Positions 62,265-64,000 of a DNA stretch of 64,000 nt are shown here, piece by piece. The number at the start of each line of letters is the position of its first letter. Position 1 is the stretch's first letter. The stretch is from Hypanus sabinus (taxonomy: Eukaryota), in assembly GCF_030144855.1 (NCBI RefSeq), contig NC_082739.1:6820001-6884000 (forward strand), read 5' to 3'. Both the position numbers and the translations under genes were made by a program. The notes under the pieces were generated by a model, which did no database searches, was not told the DNA's origin, and was given only the letters and a program-made list of their open reading frames with translations.

Positions 62265-62545
62265 AAACACCCATTTACACTAATCCTGCACTGCCTACGG
62301 TTTATTCTCTCCAGAATCTCATTAATTCTCTTTGCATTCTACTACTCTAGGGATCATTTACAGTGGCCAATTAATTTTTTAACCTGCATGCCTTTGGGAT
62401 GTGAAAAGAAACCAGAGCATCTGAAAAAAAAAACACAATCACAGGGAAAACTTGAAAACTCCACGCAAGCAGCAACAGAGACTGGGATTGAACCGGGATC
62501 AGTGGAGCTGTGGGCCAATGGCTCTACTAGCTGTGTCACTGTGCT
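62265..62545 (-). mobile_element. tRNA-derived SINE
   Basis: gggattgaaccggg (B box on minus) and tttacagtggccaattaa core. Confidence 0.6.
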
Positions 62546-62609
62546 GCTCTGTGTGCATTAGGACCAGTCCTTCTGTGATCCACACTTCAGGATAGGAATG
62601 GGAACTAAC

Positions 62610-62830
62610 CGACTTGGACGATGGAATGATTGTTGGTGCCAGATGGGGTGGTTTGAGTATCTCAGAAACTGCTGATTTCCTGGGATTTTCACACACAACA
62701 GTCTCTAGAGTTTACAGAGAATGGTGTGAAAAACAAAAAAACATCCAGTGAGTGGCAGTTCTGTGGATGAAAACACCTTGTTAATGAGAGAGGTCAGAGG
62801 AGAATGGCCAGACTGGTTCAAGCTGACAGG
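62610..62830 (+). mobile_element. Tc1/mariner transposase fragment
   Basis: ggaatgattgttggtgccagatggggtggtttgagtatctcagaaactgctg is the reverse complement of about 63660-63880. Confidence 0.7.
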
Positions 62831-63487
62831 AAGCCTATTGGGACATATGCCACTGACAACAGATTGCCAGAGTTCTCTGTTCTAGGCCAGTCTTTCAAGA
62901 TGTCCCCAGGTGTAGCTCATCTTTTTGATGTCTTCTGGACAAACATCCTTCCTCTCCCAAGAATGAGGTCTTTGGAGCTTCTGTAGATCTGTCTATTTTT
63001 TTAAAAATGGGATGAGGTCATTAGCCTCATGCCCAACCCTACTCCTTTCACAGCTGAGCTTAGGACTGACCATGGTGGAGCTAAAGGTACACTGACTTGG
63101 TTTTAAACATGAACTTAAAGCTAAATGGAGCACGTGGAGAGGGAAAGGAATCTGCGAAGGCAATGCCAAGGAGCTGATCAACCTTAGGATCATGAATCAA
63201 CAGCACCAGTGGACCTGTATAAACAGTGTAGGAGTGCACCACCTCACAAACTACCCATCCACCCTGTCAGCACTTCCTGCCCCACCCATGGAAGAGTCTG
63301 CCTTTCCGCAATGGCCTCATTACCCACCTCAAGATCCATTAAACCTGAGTGGAAAAATGAGATCCTCTATCCCGAGGGATAGCCTATGCACGAGATTCTA
63401 TTTCCAGCATCTCTGCAAGTCCAAGCGATATCCACACACATGATATCATGATGCAAATTTTAATCCCAAACCGAGCCATTAGCAAAA

Positions 63488-64000
63488 TATACTCAGTGGC
63501 CACTCAATTGTCTCCTGTGCCTAATAAAGTGGCCACTGAGTGTATGTTCATGATCTTCTGCTGCTGTAGCCCATCCACTTCAAGGTTCGATGCATTGTGC
63601 TTTCAGAGATGCTCTCAGCACTCCGCTGTTGCAACACATAGTTATTTGAGTTACTGTCACCTTCCTGTCAACTTGAACCAGTCTGGCCAGTTTCCTCTGA
63701 CCTTTCTCATTAACAAGGCGTTTTCACCCACAGAATTGCCACTCACTGGGTGCTTTTTTTTTGTTTTTTTGCACAACTCTTTGTAAATTTTAGAGGCTGT
63801 TGTGTGTGAAAATCCCAGGAGATGAGCAGTTTCTGAGATTCTCAAACCACCCCGTCTGGCACCAACAATCTTTCCACGGTCAAAGTCACTTAGATCACAT
63901 TTCTTCCCCATTCTGATGTTTGGTCTGAACAACATATCAACCACTTGGCCATGCCTGAATGCTTTTATGCATTGAACTGCTGTCACATTATTGGCTCATT
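63488..64000 (-). mobile_element. Tc1/mariner non-autonomous element, runs off the window end
   Basis: ORF MGKKCDLSDFDRGKIVGARRGGLRISETAHLLGFSHTTASKIYKE is a Tc1-type HTH N-terminus. Terminal motif ctcagtggccact occurs at about 63492 and inverted at about 63528-63540. Confidence 0.75.

Noticed and set aside
197-63986. Remaining short ORFs of 60-135 aa
   Set aside because: They show no recognisable domains, many start at non-ATG codons, and their composition is typical of non-coding or repeat DNA.

Overview
This is eukaryotic, vertebrate, repeat-rich DNA. The repeat families suggest a cartilaginous fish, probably a ray (inference). The window holds the 5' part of one recognisable gene, ZBTB16 (PLZF), on the minus strand. 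A CpG-rich promoter and candidate non-coding first exon lie at about 48.1-50.8 kb. The large first coding exon spans 37588 to 36270 (BTB/POZ domain, linker, start of zinc finger 1), followed by more than 36 kb of intron; no further ZBTB16 exon was found. The rest is unique non-coding DNA and decayed mobile elements: Penelope-like elements with degenerate minimal hammerhead motifs, CR1-like and Rex1/Babar-like LINEs, tRNA-derived SINEs, a truncated Gypsy LTR element, Tc1 and hAT fragments. The most unusual signal is an inverted 273-nt copy of ZBTB16 coding sequence in intron 1 (39458-39730). It is antisense to its source exon within the same pre-mRNA, and 15 of its 16 transition differences would be G.U wobble pairs in the predicted duplex. 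Also notable are a 13-codon uORF ending 2 nt before the start codon, apparent loss of the canonical Met1, and a consensus glucocorticoid response element in intron 2. Repeat boundaries were read by eye and are approximate.
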